DNA of 64,000 nucleotides. Source: Trichodelitschia bisporula (lineage: Eukaryota). Below the pieces are notes generated by a model that saw nothing but the letters and a program-made list of their open reading frames with translations, had not been told where the DNA came from and did not search any database. The translations under genes and the position numbers were made by a program. Shown piece by piece: positions 23,809-34,770 of the stretch (its first letter is position 1; each line of letters begins with the position of its first letter). The stretch spans positions 1,003,933-1,067,932 of the forward strand of contig ML996692.1 in assembly GCA_010356995.1 (NCBI GenBank), given 5' to 3'.

Positions 23809-25033
23809 GGTCGCCTTTCCGTTACTGCCCCAAGTACGGATGTCCTGTCACATGGTACCAGCTCAATATCCCTTCATGCTCCCCGCAATGTCATGTCAGT
23901 GGTGGCGGCAAGGTGCCTTTTTTCAAGATGGACTGCAAGAGCAAAAGAGGGCGGGGCGCGCAGCTATTCGCATCATGACAGGGGCAATGGTTTTCTTGCG
24001 TGACCAAGAGAAGTGGTGGTTGGCGGTAACATCCATCTCTACTATCATGATCCCATCATGTGTTGGGCCCCATTACTACGGATGTACATGCGTAGCGCCC
24101 TCGCACCCTTCTGTTTTTGCGGCCATCAAACACCCTTTGCAGTGTCAAGTGCAAAGAGAATACATAGTTAGATATTGTAAGATCATCGAGGGGGATAATG
24201 AGCCAGATCAGTGAGGAGATAGCCAAGTTCCACAAAGGAGACCTGGGGGGTTAGACGGCAGCTTATTGGCTGGTGTCTATTTGCGACATCGCCGCAGCAC
24301 GTGAAATTAGCGTGACCATTACCACAACTTTTGAAGGGGGACGCAAAGGATCGAGGACCGTCTTCTCTTTTCTTGGTGGCTATGAGATAAACCCCATCTC
24401 CACAACTTCTTCACTTCTCCAAATCCTTCGAACTTCGTCTACTTTCCCTGATGCGCTGCGAAAATCTCGTGCGTCGGGCCACACCTTCATCAAACTCGCT
24501 GTGGTTCGCTTGATTATCTCCAAGCCCACGCTCCCCCCCCCCCCCAAAGCCTTCGCCCAGTTGCCCGCCCCCCTCTGCTTTGCCTGCGTGTCCCCCCCCC
24601 CGGTGACCCTTCACGGCATCACTCCTTCAGACTTCCTCATCAACGCCATCGCTGTCCGGTCTTACGCGGCGCATTTTTTAATGCGGACATCATATCGCAT
24701 TACTTGTTGCGATCAACTGCCCATCTGTTGGCCTTAAACACTGACGCTCGGCTTCTTTGTCGCCGTTCGCTCTTCCCTCAGTTGGCGTCCTAACAGCCGT
24801 CACTCCATCCTTCGAAACGCGACGTCCTTTCAACCCCTTTGCATCAACATTTGCAGGCCGCCGTCGCACACTTCGAGAACCCTTGTGGAGTCTTTTAGGC
24901 TTCAGAGACCACTCGCAGAGCCGGCGGGTTCCCTCACATCGCTCTCTCGTGTTGACCGACGGCCCTACCCGCAGCCTCATCTCGCCACTTTCGCGCCGAC
25001 GTGATAACACATTCAAACAACGCTTTCACGACG

Positions 25034-27365
25034 ATGAACGCACCAGGAGCGAATATGGTGATGAATTCGGTCGGTGGGCCCGTTGGCGGGCCGATGCCAA
25101 TCAACCAGGCCAACCAAGGCGCGAGCCGCTCATCATCGGATCAGGAAATACAAAGGCGCCTTAACACCTACATCTACGACTATATGTGTAGGAACCATCA
25201 CTACGAACTCGCACGGCAGTTTTTGCAGTGCTGTCCCATTCTGGAGAAAAAGCATGAAGCGAACGGAGTCGATGACTCGATGGATACGGACTCCAAGGAC
25301 GAAGTCAAGCGCCCCACCGACCTTCCGTTCCCAGACATCCCTAGCTACTCGGTCGAAAATTGTTTTCTGCTTGACTGGTGGAACCAATTTTGGGACATAT
25401 TTGCCACTCGCCAACAGGGCAACATGAATAGTTTGAGCGGGATTTATCTTACGCACAATATTGTAAGCGTACCCAGTATTCCATCCGGTCAGCACGAGCT
25501 GACCACTGTTAGGTTTCCTCGAAGCAGCGCGCAATACAGCATCAGGGCATGCTCCGCCCGAATGGTGATCCGAACATGATGCGCCCGCAGTACGCAATGA
25601 TGCCGCAGGGCAGCAATATCAATATGGCTAAGGCTGCCCTGGCCAATAACCGCAGCACGTATGCTTTACACTCTCAATTACAAGACGCCGCTGACCCAAA
25701 TAGGCCTCAGCAGCTGCAGTTGCAGGCTAAGTTGATGCAGAATCAAGCGCGTGAAGGTGGAAATATGGACATGGGCCAACGACCTCAGTCGCCAGCAGGC
25801 AACATGGAGAATGGCGCATCATCTCCGTCAAAGCGACCGCGGCTCGACAACACAAATGGCTTTAATGGTCCACAGATGGGGCCTTCTGGGCGCGGCCAAC
25901 CGCTCCAGCAGCCGAACATGCAAGGTGGAGGAGGCCCGAATAACATGATGCTGCAAAACGGCCTCACACCCGACCTCGCCAGTCAGCAAATGAACGCATT
26001 TGGCGGCGGTCCAAACATGCAGCAGAAATTTGAGGTTCGTTCCCGGTCTCAAATACATGTACGTAACAGGCTAACATGCGAAGATGGGTGCTAGCCCTGC
26101 CGGAAGCATGCCGGACGGCCTTGACATGATGCCTAATCGCGGCATTCCAGCAGGTGGTGCACCGCCTTCACAAGGCAACCACGCTCTTCAGGACTACCAG
26201 ATGCAGCTCATGTTGCTTGAACAGCAGAACAAGAAGCGCCTGTTGATGGCGCGCCAGGAGCAGGACAACCATAACCATGTTCCCGTTGCATCTGGACCTG
26301 GTCAGGGCGGTGGTGGGGGTATGGGATTCGCACCCAACATGTCACCTTCCGGAAGCCGAGCCGGCCCTTCGCCGAATCCAAACGAACAACTCAAACGCGT
26401 GGCGGGTACTCCGAAAATCGGGCAACCGGGTGTCCCCGGCTCACCGATGAACGATATCCAGAACCGCCAATCTCCTGCGCCCGGTTTTGACCCCAATCAG
26501 CAAATGGGCCCTAACGCCATTCAGACGCAGTACTTCCAGCAGCAGATGAGCAACGGCATGATGGGACGAGCCCCGAGCTCCCACCCTCCCAACTTCATGA
26601 GTATGCCCATGGGCCTCGCTCCGAGCCGTGCAATTCAAAACGGCGCTGGTGCCCATTGGGGTGGTCAACCAGGCCCACAGCAGCAGATGCCGCAGCAGGG
26701 AAATCCTGGCCAGCAACCTCAACAGATGGGTAACCCTCAACAGCGGAACACGATGCCACCTCCGCCCGCACCGCAACCGGAGCCCCCCCAACCTCAGCGC
26801 GCTCAACCTTCATCGCCAGCACCCACCCAGGCTCCACCAACCCCGTCACAATCCGCGAAAGCGGCGCCCAAGGGCAAGAAGGAAACGAACCCCAAAAAGG
26901 TCTGTCCACCCCTTGTAATCTCACAAAAGATCATACTGACAGCAATACTAGAAGGCTGCGCCCAAAAATGCCAAGTCCGCAAACGCCGCCGCTGCTGCCG
27001 AAAATGCAGAAGCGGCTCCACCACAGGCACCTTCAACCCCGATCACGCCAGTTCATCCTACGCTGGGGAGGCCCCAGCAGAATGGTGGCCCGTCGCAGGC
27101 GGCCAACGCACCGCAGCAGCAGCCGCCGGTCCAGCCTGCCCCATCTGTCGCTCCTCAAATGGATGCCAATGCGGCCCAATTTGGCGCACTGGCAGACAAC
27201 GACAACTTCAGTCTGGACTTCGCAGTTGGCGACACCACTGACGTCTTCGAAAATCTGGACTTCGACACTTTCCTGACCAATAATGAGGACAACGGATTTA
27301 ACGACTTCAATTCGTTGATGAATTTTGGTCCAGACGGCGTCGAAACGGGTGCGGGCGACGTCTGA
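25034..27365 (+). CDS. SOM1: LisH/LUFS transcriptional regulator of the Som1/SomA/Flo8 family; 4 introns (approx. 25463-25512, 25659-25703, 26034-26083, 26900-26951)
   Basis: LNTYIYDY LisH motif, FLLDWWNQFWDIF, SPSKRPRL NLS, HALQDYQMQLMLLEQQNKKRLLMARQEQD, PSTPITP, C-terminal ENLDFDTFL. Confidence 0.9.
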
Positions 27366-28786
27366 TGTCTTCGCGCACGTATCCGAGGATGATAGGCCTG
27401 CTACTCAATAAGTGCACCATCCTTCCGTTTTATCGATGATACTCCGGGTTGTCGCGCGGAATTCAGGGCTCTACTCTGGGTTGCTCTTGGTGGGCTTTGA
27501 CGATGGCGTTTCCTGCATACAGGTTTGGTATGGCGGCTGGGTTGATGGCGTTTAGGTCGGGGTTGCCTACGGATGGTCTCACATAAAATGATTATCTCTT
27601 GTCTATACCCTTGGCTTGTGGTTATTTTGCATTTCTGACTCTGGAGTCTTGTTTTTATTTGGATTACGCGTTCTGTTCTTCTTCTGTACATGCGAAAAGT
27701 TCGCTGAACAGACATTCTGGAAAAGGCGTCGCCATCTGATAGATGGCGGCTAAGGATTGATGCGGTTGTCTCATGTTTCCATTCATTGGCGAGATGCATT
27801 GCCGCCGGAGCTTTGCGTTCAGCGCCATCCGTTGCGGTGGTCTAATTCTGGCTGGTTGGAAGGGCAGTCAAGTACCGGCAACATGTCTACTGGGGCTTGT
27901 ATACTGGCACAACGGCATCTGGTTCTTAGGAGAGAGAGTTGAAGGTGGCTGGGCTTCACCCTGGCTTTCCTTGGAAATAAGCGCAGTTGGATCCGCAAGT
28001 GCGGAGTTCTAGCTGGAGATGGCGCTTGATTGCGGACTCTGGATTGAGCGTCGAGCATGCGCCTGGTTTTCATCTTTGGTTCTGCTACTCTCGATCCTAC
28101 TCTTGTGGCAATTGTTACGACTGGCGTTTGCTTCTACTGTTGGTACGGACTCCTTTTTTGTTATCGCTTATGTTTATCATTTCCCGAGCGGAGAACGGCC
28201 GGGGCGCTTCCTGGACTTTTGTACTTGCTTTGTGCCTCGTCCAATCAGGACATGGTGCCATTTTATTCTGGAATGAGCTCCTTCGCCAATGGTTGTGGCG
28301 GGGGTTTGTGGATGGACGGTCATATCTGGAGATCTGGTAGTTAATTGAATCAGTTTTCCGCTTGTGATGGGCAAGGACGCTTTATCGTTGATAGACTGCT
28401 TGGTTTTGCTATCTTCCACTATGAATTCCTGAGCTTGCTGCAAGTATGGGACTTGAGGAGGTTTTGATTATGTTTTGAAGGCACTTATCGTCATGAACGT
28501 GAGCGCGATGTGCGGAAGCACACTGCATTCTGATCTCTGCTGTCTCGCAAGAGCCGCTAGCTTAAAAACAAGCGTGAAACTGATGCTGCTGGCGATATGG
28601 ATCGGAGGCTTGGCAGGGCATTCAAGGTTTGGCCGACGTCACCACGGCCAACAATTGCGACTTGGGGAGCCCTGTTCGAAGTCCCACCCAACCTCGGAGC
28701 TTCACTCTTCGTATTACCAAGCTTCACCAACATTCTACGCTTCAGTATCACTGTTATTCCACTCAATTGCACTTCATCGTCTCATC

Positions 28787-30037
28787 ATGTTTGCCAGACA
28801 GGTGTTCCGGCCGGCCGCGGTTCTTAGAAGCGTAAGCTTGCACCCCCGCATCATAACTCAAAGAGCTATTCTAGCTTCACTTTGGCCAGCTTGGAGCCAT
28901 TGCTAATAGATTTTCGGCCAGCATGTGCGGCGCTATGCCAGTGACAGCTCCCAGAGTTCTGGTGGGAACTCTACGCTGTACGGTGCAGGCGCGGCTGCCG
29001 TCGGCGGGGCTGGCCTCTACTGGTACTTCAATCGCTCGAAGCCTCTTGAGTCGGGGCATGGACCCGACAAGTCCAAACCTGAATCAGAAGGTCAAGGGCA
29101 GCCTGCGTCCAAGACTGAAGAGCAGAACATACCTGCGAATACCAATGAAGCTTCGAAGGCTTTTCGGGGCGGGGACCAGGGCTTTGTCTCTCTGAAGCTG
29201 GATTCAGTTGAGATCCTCAATCACAACACTAAGAAGTTCCGCTTCAGTCTTCCGGAGAATGACAGTGTTGCTGGCCTTCACGTTGCTTGTAAGACTGGTG
29301 AAATATAGGGAGAAGCCGCGGCTAACTCACTGCAGCTGCACTCCTCGCAAAGTATAAGGGCCCCGAGATGGAGAAGCCAGTCATTCGTCCCTATACACCT
29401 ACTAGTGAAGAGGGTAAGGCTTTCAAAGTGCGTTAATGTAGCTTGCTAACACATGTATCTGGTAGACAGCAAGGGCTACATCGAGTTCGTCGTCAAGAAG
29501 TACCCCAACGGTCCCATGTCCACGCATCTCCATGACATGGTGCCCGGCCAGCGTCTCGACTTCAAAGGGCCTATCCCGAAGTACCCGTGGGCGCCAAACA
29601 AGCACGATCACATCGCTCTGATTGCTGGCGGTACGGGTATCACGCCCATGTACCAGCTGATCCGCGCTATTTTCTCGAACCCCGAGGACCAGACGAAGGT
29701 CACCCTCGTCTTCGGCAACATTTCCGAAGAGGACATCCTACTCAAGCGTGAGCTCGAGGATCTCGAAAACACCTACCCGCGCCGGTTCCGTGCCTTCTAC
29801 ACGCTAGACAACCCCCCGGAGAAATGGCAGCAGGGCAAGGGCTTCATCTCGAAGGAGCTCCTGAAGACGGTTCTGCCGGAGCCTAAGGAAGGTGAAAAGC
29901 TCAAGATCTTCGTGTGTGGTCCGCCCGGCATGTACAAGGCCATCAGCGGCCCGAAGAAGAGCCCAGCGGACCAGGGCGAATTGGGCGGCGTCTTGAGCGA
30001 GCTAGGGTACAGCAAGGAGCAGGTGTACAAGTTCTAA
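28787..30037 (+). CDS. MCR1: Mitochondrial NADH-cytochrome b5 reductase 2. Introns 28832-28921, 29289-29335, 29414-29465
   Basis: Presequence [22 protein letters not shown] and a TM anchor; [52 protein letters not shown]. Confidence 0.95.
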
Positions 30038-30680
30038 GTTGGCTAATTACCGCTGCGTATGTTTTTGTGGCGTTCTTCCCAACGAGATACACCACCACCG
30101 GCTCTCTGCCTTCCTGTAGACTACAATAGATTCGAACCTGTATCAACGAGAGGACGTGATGTTGGGCTGGCCTGTTCTGAAGAGAGTCCCGTTCGGTTCT
30201 CACCAAGTACTCTATCCTGATAAGGACTTAGCAGGAAAAGTCCTTGCTCGTCCTTCCTGCCCTCCACGCGCGCCTGAATCAATGTAACAACTTCAAAACC
30301 AGAGTGACGCCACCAAACCCTTGTGCATATGAGGGGCTAAGATGGGTTGTGTACTGGAGAACATATGAGCTCTTCTAAGTTGAAATATTGCGTCTTACAT
30401 TGCCCCAATCCAAGGGGATCCCACATGGGGTTCTGTAGCAGGTCTGGGCAATGATTTATGAAGGTACCCGGAGGATTTTTTATCCGACATGACCTATGAG
30501 ATGCATCGGGCAACTCAAAAGTTTGAAGTCTAATCCGTCGCGAACTTGCGCTCCGCCAGCCTTGACAACATCCCAGCGTACCCGCCATTGCTCCCTTCTT
30601 TAAACTACCACCACCTTTTCCAAGGCTCGGATCCTTCCGACTTCGAAACAGAAGTGCGCCCCACCCATCATCCGCCCAGC

Positions 30681-31655
30681 ATGTCCGCCGACGCCCTCCC
30701 TTCTCAAACCAAACACAAGTCAAAAGACAAGAAAGACCGCAAAGATCGCAAAGACGAGAAAGAGAAGTCGCGCAAGCGCGACAAAGCCACGGCCGATGAG
30801 CCGTCTAGCCCAAAGAAGCGGCGCCGCACCTCACAATCCACCAACGATGTCGTCGAACTCTCCTCCACCACGCGCCCCGCACCCACCCGCTCACCCCTCG
30901 TACGCCTCATTGCTTCAATGCAAGTCACCATTCCGCCAGTCTGCCAGGACACGCCCGTTGAGGCCGTGTGCGCCGCCCACCTGTCGCCGCTGCTGCTAGC
31001 GTTTTACCCACCGTTCCACGGGGTTGTGCTGGGGTATAATAAGGTGCGGCTTGTAGGTGGACCAGGGCTGGATGGTGAAGAGACTGAGGCGAGGACAGAG
31101 CCGGGTGCGGTGTGCGCGCGCTCGGTAAATGAGTATGCTGCTCCAGTGGTGTGGGTGCGGGCCGAATTCCTCGTTTTCCAGCCTAGGAGGGGCGCGAAGC
31201 TGGAGGGGAATGTGGTGTTCATGGGCGAGAGCCAAATCGGCCTCGTGCTGTGGAATCTGTTCAATGTGTCTATTTCGCGCACCCGGTTGCCGGCGGAGTG
31301 GACGTGGGTTGCGGATAAGGGCGGCGCGGCGCGGGAGCACGAAGATGAGCAGGATGAAGATGCGGAGGGGGTCAAGGAGACAAGAGAGGAGAGGAGGAAG
31401 CGCAAACGTCCTCAGGGTAAATACCTTGATGCGGAGGGGAATGCAGTTGAGGGGCTTGTTGAGTTCCGGATCCGCGATTTTGAGACTGGGGGGACGAATT
31501 CGGGCGATACCCACACGATGAGCATTGAGGGGACGATGTTGAGCGTGGAGGAGGAGAAGGCGTTGATGAAGGCGGAGATCGAAGGGAGATCTGGCTCGTC
31601 GCGAGCACGGCGTGGGGTTTCGCCCGGCAACCCGTCGTTAAGGCGAAGTGGTTGA
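30681..31655 (+). CDS. RPA43: RNA polymerase I stalk subunit A43-like
   Basis: Lys-rich N-terminus, then HLSPLLLAFYPPFHGVVLGY, WVRAEFLVFQP..G.KLEG, IGLVLWNLFNVSI..LPAEWTW, SIEGTM (Rpa43/Rpb7-like fold motifs). ATG at 30681. Confidence 0.82.
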   Translation: MSADALPSQTKHKSKDKKDRKDRKDEKEKSRKRDKATADEPSSPKKRRRTSQSTNDVVELSSTTRPAPTRSPLVRLIASMQVTIPPVCQDTPVEAVCAAHLSPLLLAFYPPFHGVVLGYNKVRLVGGPGLDGEETEARTEPGAVCARSVNEYAAPVVWVRAEFLVFQPRRGAKLEGNVVFMGESQIGLVLWNLFNVSISRTRLPAEWTWVADKGGAAREHEDEQDEDAEGVKETREERRKRKRPQGKYLDAEGNAVEGLVEFRIRDFETGGTNSGDTHTMSIEGTMLSVEEEKALMKAEIEGRSGSSRARRGVSPGNPSLRRSG

Positions 31656-32168
31656 GATAGGTGCTGCGGTGGTGGGCTATATTCGGGTGGTGAGGTGTAT
31701 GATACCAGGATGGCGGATTACGCTGCATGTTCATCTTCGAATTAATTGGGATGTGGTTTGGCATCTGACATTCCAACTTCACCGTGCACATGAACTGATT
31801 GTGGAGATGGCAATGCAATCGATTTGGTGGCAAAGATACTGTCAACCCCCAAACTAAACAAACAAGAAGTCCAATGATCCAAGCAGTCAAGATGCAAGAA
31901 GTCTCAGCATCACAATTCCAATACAAGAGATCCAACCCAAATTCAGCCAAGAAATCCAATCCAGAAGCCCAAATACAGAATCCAATCCAAGTAATACATG
32001 ACCAAGCGACCAAAACCATAACGAGCCCAAACCAACATCACATAACGCGAACACGAGCGTGTTCAATAACCCAACCAACATCGCGAACACGAGCGCGATC
32101 CATACCCAGAAACTCCACCACCCATCCAAAGGTCCATTCTAATTCCTCCACCAGCACCAGTAAAGACA

Positions 32169-32536
32169 GGGTCGACGGCGTCGTCGCCCTATAGGCATCC
32201 GCTGTGCCATGCGGAGTCTGAGATCTTCACAATTTCGAGGTTTCGAGACAGTCGGATCATGAAGTCCCAACTGCTCTTTGTTGAAGGAGACGGATGGCTT
32301 TGGGCGTTGCTACCATCCATCGTATCTGATTGATGATTCCAAGGGTCGACGAGGATGTCGCCCTATTGGCATCCGCTGCGTCATGCGGAGCCTGGGAGTT
32401 TGACGATTTGGGGTCTTTGAGACAGTCGGATGACGCGGTTCGAACTGCTCTTTGCTGAAGGAGGCCGCTTGCTTGGCGGTCGCGACCGTCGGATATATCC
32501 GACTGATGATTCGAGGTATTCCATGAGGATGTCACC
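32169..32536. repeat. Degenerate tandem duplication, 174-bp period, about 2.1 copies
   Basis: GGGTCGAC..GTCGCCCTAT.GGCATCCGCTG..ATGCGGAG..GAGACAGTCGGAT..AACTGCTCTTTG.TGAAGGAG occurs at 32169 and 32343; GAGGATGTC recurs at 32351 and 32525. Confidence 0.85.
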
Positions 32537-33862
32537 TTTTGTTTCATCCGCCCTTGCGAGCTGATGGAGGTGGCTGTGATGACGGGACAGCCGAGATGTG
32601 GTTCTCCGACACTGTTGTAGACTTGGCATCGACGATTTGAAGGTTGGCTTCAGCCTTGCGAACGCAGTTAGCACGTGACCTGCTGATGAAGGGCTGAGGT
32701 TGCCATACGGAATTACCTACCGGACACTGTCTTGTCCCCACCTCCCGGCGGGGTTACGCGTTCGTTTTGACGCGTTGTGACGGTTCAGAAAATTTTGCAC
32801 CCTTTGCTGCTCGGCAACATGTGCCTTGACCTTGTCGAGGGACATTGGCGTTAGGGAGCCTTTCCACGGATCGCCTTTGACGATATACTCGTCGAAGTAC
32901 CTGGTCCCCATGTTGAACGTCTCTAATGTCTTGACGTAGGTGCGTCGAGGAAGGGTTGCGCCCCCCTCCAGTTCTAGAACAGGCAAGCCATTATGGCCCG
33001 ACTCATTCCCATGGCGTATGAGGAGGTGCTGGCGCCTCACATCCTTATTTTTGTATTTTTCCGTAACCGTTTTTCCTCTACAAGACGACAGGATCGCAAA
33101 TGTTGCTTTCCCCTGCTCGTCCGGATTGGATAAAATGAGAACCGGGTGTTCATAAGCATTGTCACGTCCCAGTTCATTGTGGACATTTGACTCCGGCGCT
33201 ATTTGGTCCTTGCGGGGCAAGTACAATATCCGTCCAGCCCGGACGTTGTCCTCACAGAAGTCGGGCTTGGAACGGTCCGGACCGTTGTTTTTGGGCTTGA
33301 CGTCGGACTCAATCTTTGCGGGGTCTTGGCCGCTGTTCTCGTCCGTCTCGCTCGTGTCATGCTCGACGGGGTCCTGGCCGCTGTTCTCGGCCGTCTCGCC
33401 GGTGTCAATCTCATTAGACACCTGACCGCTGTTTTGGTCCGTCACGATGGTGTCAACTTTGGGACCGAGGGGCTGTTGGGTCGGGTTCATTGTTCCCCTC
33501 CAGGGATCCTTCATCTTCTTTGCTTTGTCGGGCGATATTTCGCGCCGTTTGCCCTCTGTGAAAATAGGAGCATTTGAAGCTCGGTGTTCAGCTGGCGGGC
33601 CAGATGAATCGAGGTATTTCGATGGAGCGTGGGCCTAGGTTGCTGTTGGCGAAGGTGACGAGAAGTTAGGTGATTGTGCGCTTACAGAATTTCTTCCCCG
33701 GGTAGAATCTGACTCTGCTGAAGGTTGTGTGTTCTCCGCGGTCTTGTGCGTGGGGGAAAGTAGTTCACACCCAAGCCGTCGTTTTTGGGGAGGGATGTAT
33801 AGTTGCTTAGGCACTGCGAAGTTGAGGGTTGTGAGGGAATGGGTTTGAGTCTGAGTTGCCAT
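32381..33862 (-). CDS. Orphan protein with acidic 16-aa repeats and a putative MazF/PemK-like domain. Exons 33862-33686, 33634-32721, 32654-32381 (ends at 32717 if intron 2 is retained)
   Basis: Intron 33685-33635 (GTAAGC..CCTAAC..TAG) joins MATQTQ..YIPPQKR..GRNS in frame to the 265-aa ORF. Intron 32720-32655 (GTAGGT..GCTAAC..AAG) joins to ORF 32674-32381. Core: RAGRILYLP..EHPVLILSN..ATFAILSS..TYVKT..LTPMSLDKVKAHV. Confidence 0.72.
33269..33454 (-). repeat. 48-bp (16-aa) coding tandem repeat, about 4 degenerate copies (DT.ET.ENSGQDP)
   Basis: DTIVTDQNSGQVSNEI / DTGETAENSGQDPVEH / DTSETDENSGQDPAKI / ESDVKPKNNGPDR; DNA core GCCGCTGTTCTCG recurs at 48-nt spacing. Confidence 0.85.
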
Positions 33863-34770
33863 CGTGTCACTAGAGAATGGGAGTGAAAACGGCAGTTGAG
33901 ATGATTATCGTCACTGAGGGTTGGATAAAGCTTGGGTGATATCGTCGCGTAGCGTTAGGTACGGCTTGGATATCACAGAATGAGGAAGGCTGGAGAGTGA
34001 CTGAAGGGGGATCAGGCACCTTTTGTGACTTCGAAGCTGCGGTCGACGTATGCGATCGCTACCCTGAACCAGTATTCTCAGGTGTGCGTCCGCTCTCCGT
34101 TGATCTGGCACGGTTGCCAGCGAGTCGTCAGGCCATACGCGTCCGTCGCCGACCTATAACATTGTGGAAGGGTGATATCACGCTACGTGGGATTGCGAGT
34201 CTAGTACAGAGACAGTGGGACCGTAAAATGGAAAGCCATTTTGGGCTAGAGTTCGAGTGAGCGTCAGTACGTATATAAGGGGCCCGGGAATCGCCTTAAC
34301 TTGGACTTCGAACCTTTCTCGCTCCCTCGATGAATCGTGCTGTGATGTCTTCCCAATGCTGTGTCAGCCGACGATGGATAGTGACGATGATGGAGATACG
34401 GGAGATTGGGGAGTCCGGAATCGACACACTGAAGGACCAGGCTGCTGAGGATACGGACGGGGAGTCGGGAGATCGTGAGCGCTTCACTCGCAGTTATTTG
34501 CCATGACGTAGCAGTACCCTTGGGTAGCTGACGTCTGCGATGCGAAGGATAGTTCCTGAAGCTAATACGACATGGTTAGGGGTGCCACGTGCCAGTCGAG
34601 CGTGGCATGGACTTTGGTTCTCAGGGTATCGGGGTTCCGGCTATCCAGCCTTACCATGTCCACCCCACCCTATGGCACTGTTGGTCGCAACCATTCGCAA
34701 ATATCGAAAGACAGAAATGGTGATAGAAAAAATATTGCATCACGGTCGCAAGGCGTGGTAGGTCCACTTT

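Noticed and set aside
27760..28450. Cluster of short ORFs between SOM1 and MCR1
   Set aside because: T-rich 3' UTR or intergenic composition, with stops in all frames and no consistent gene model.
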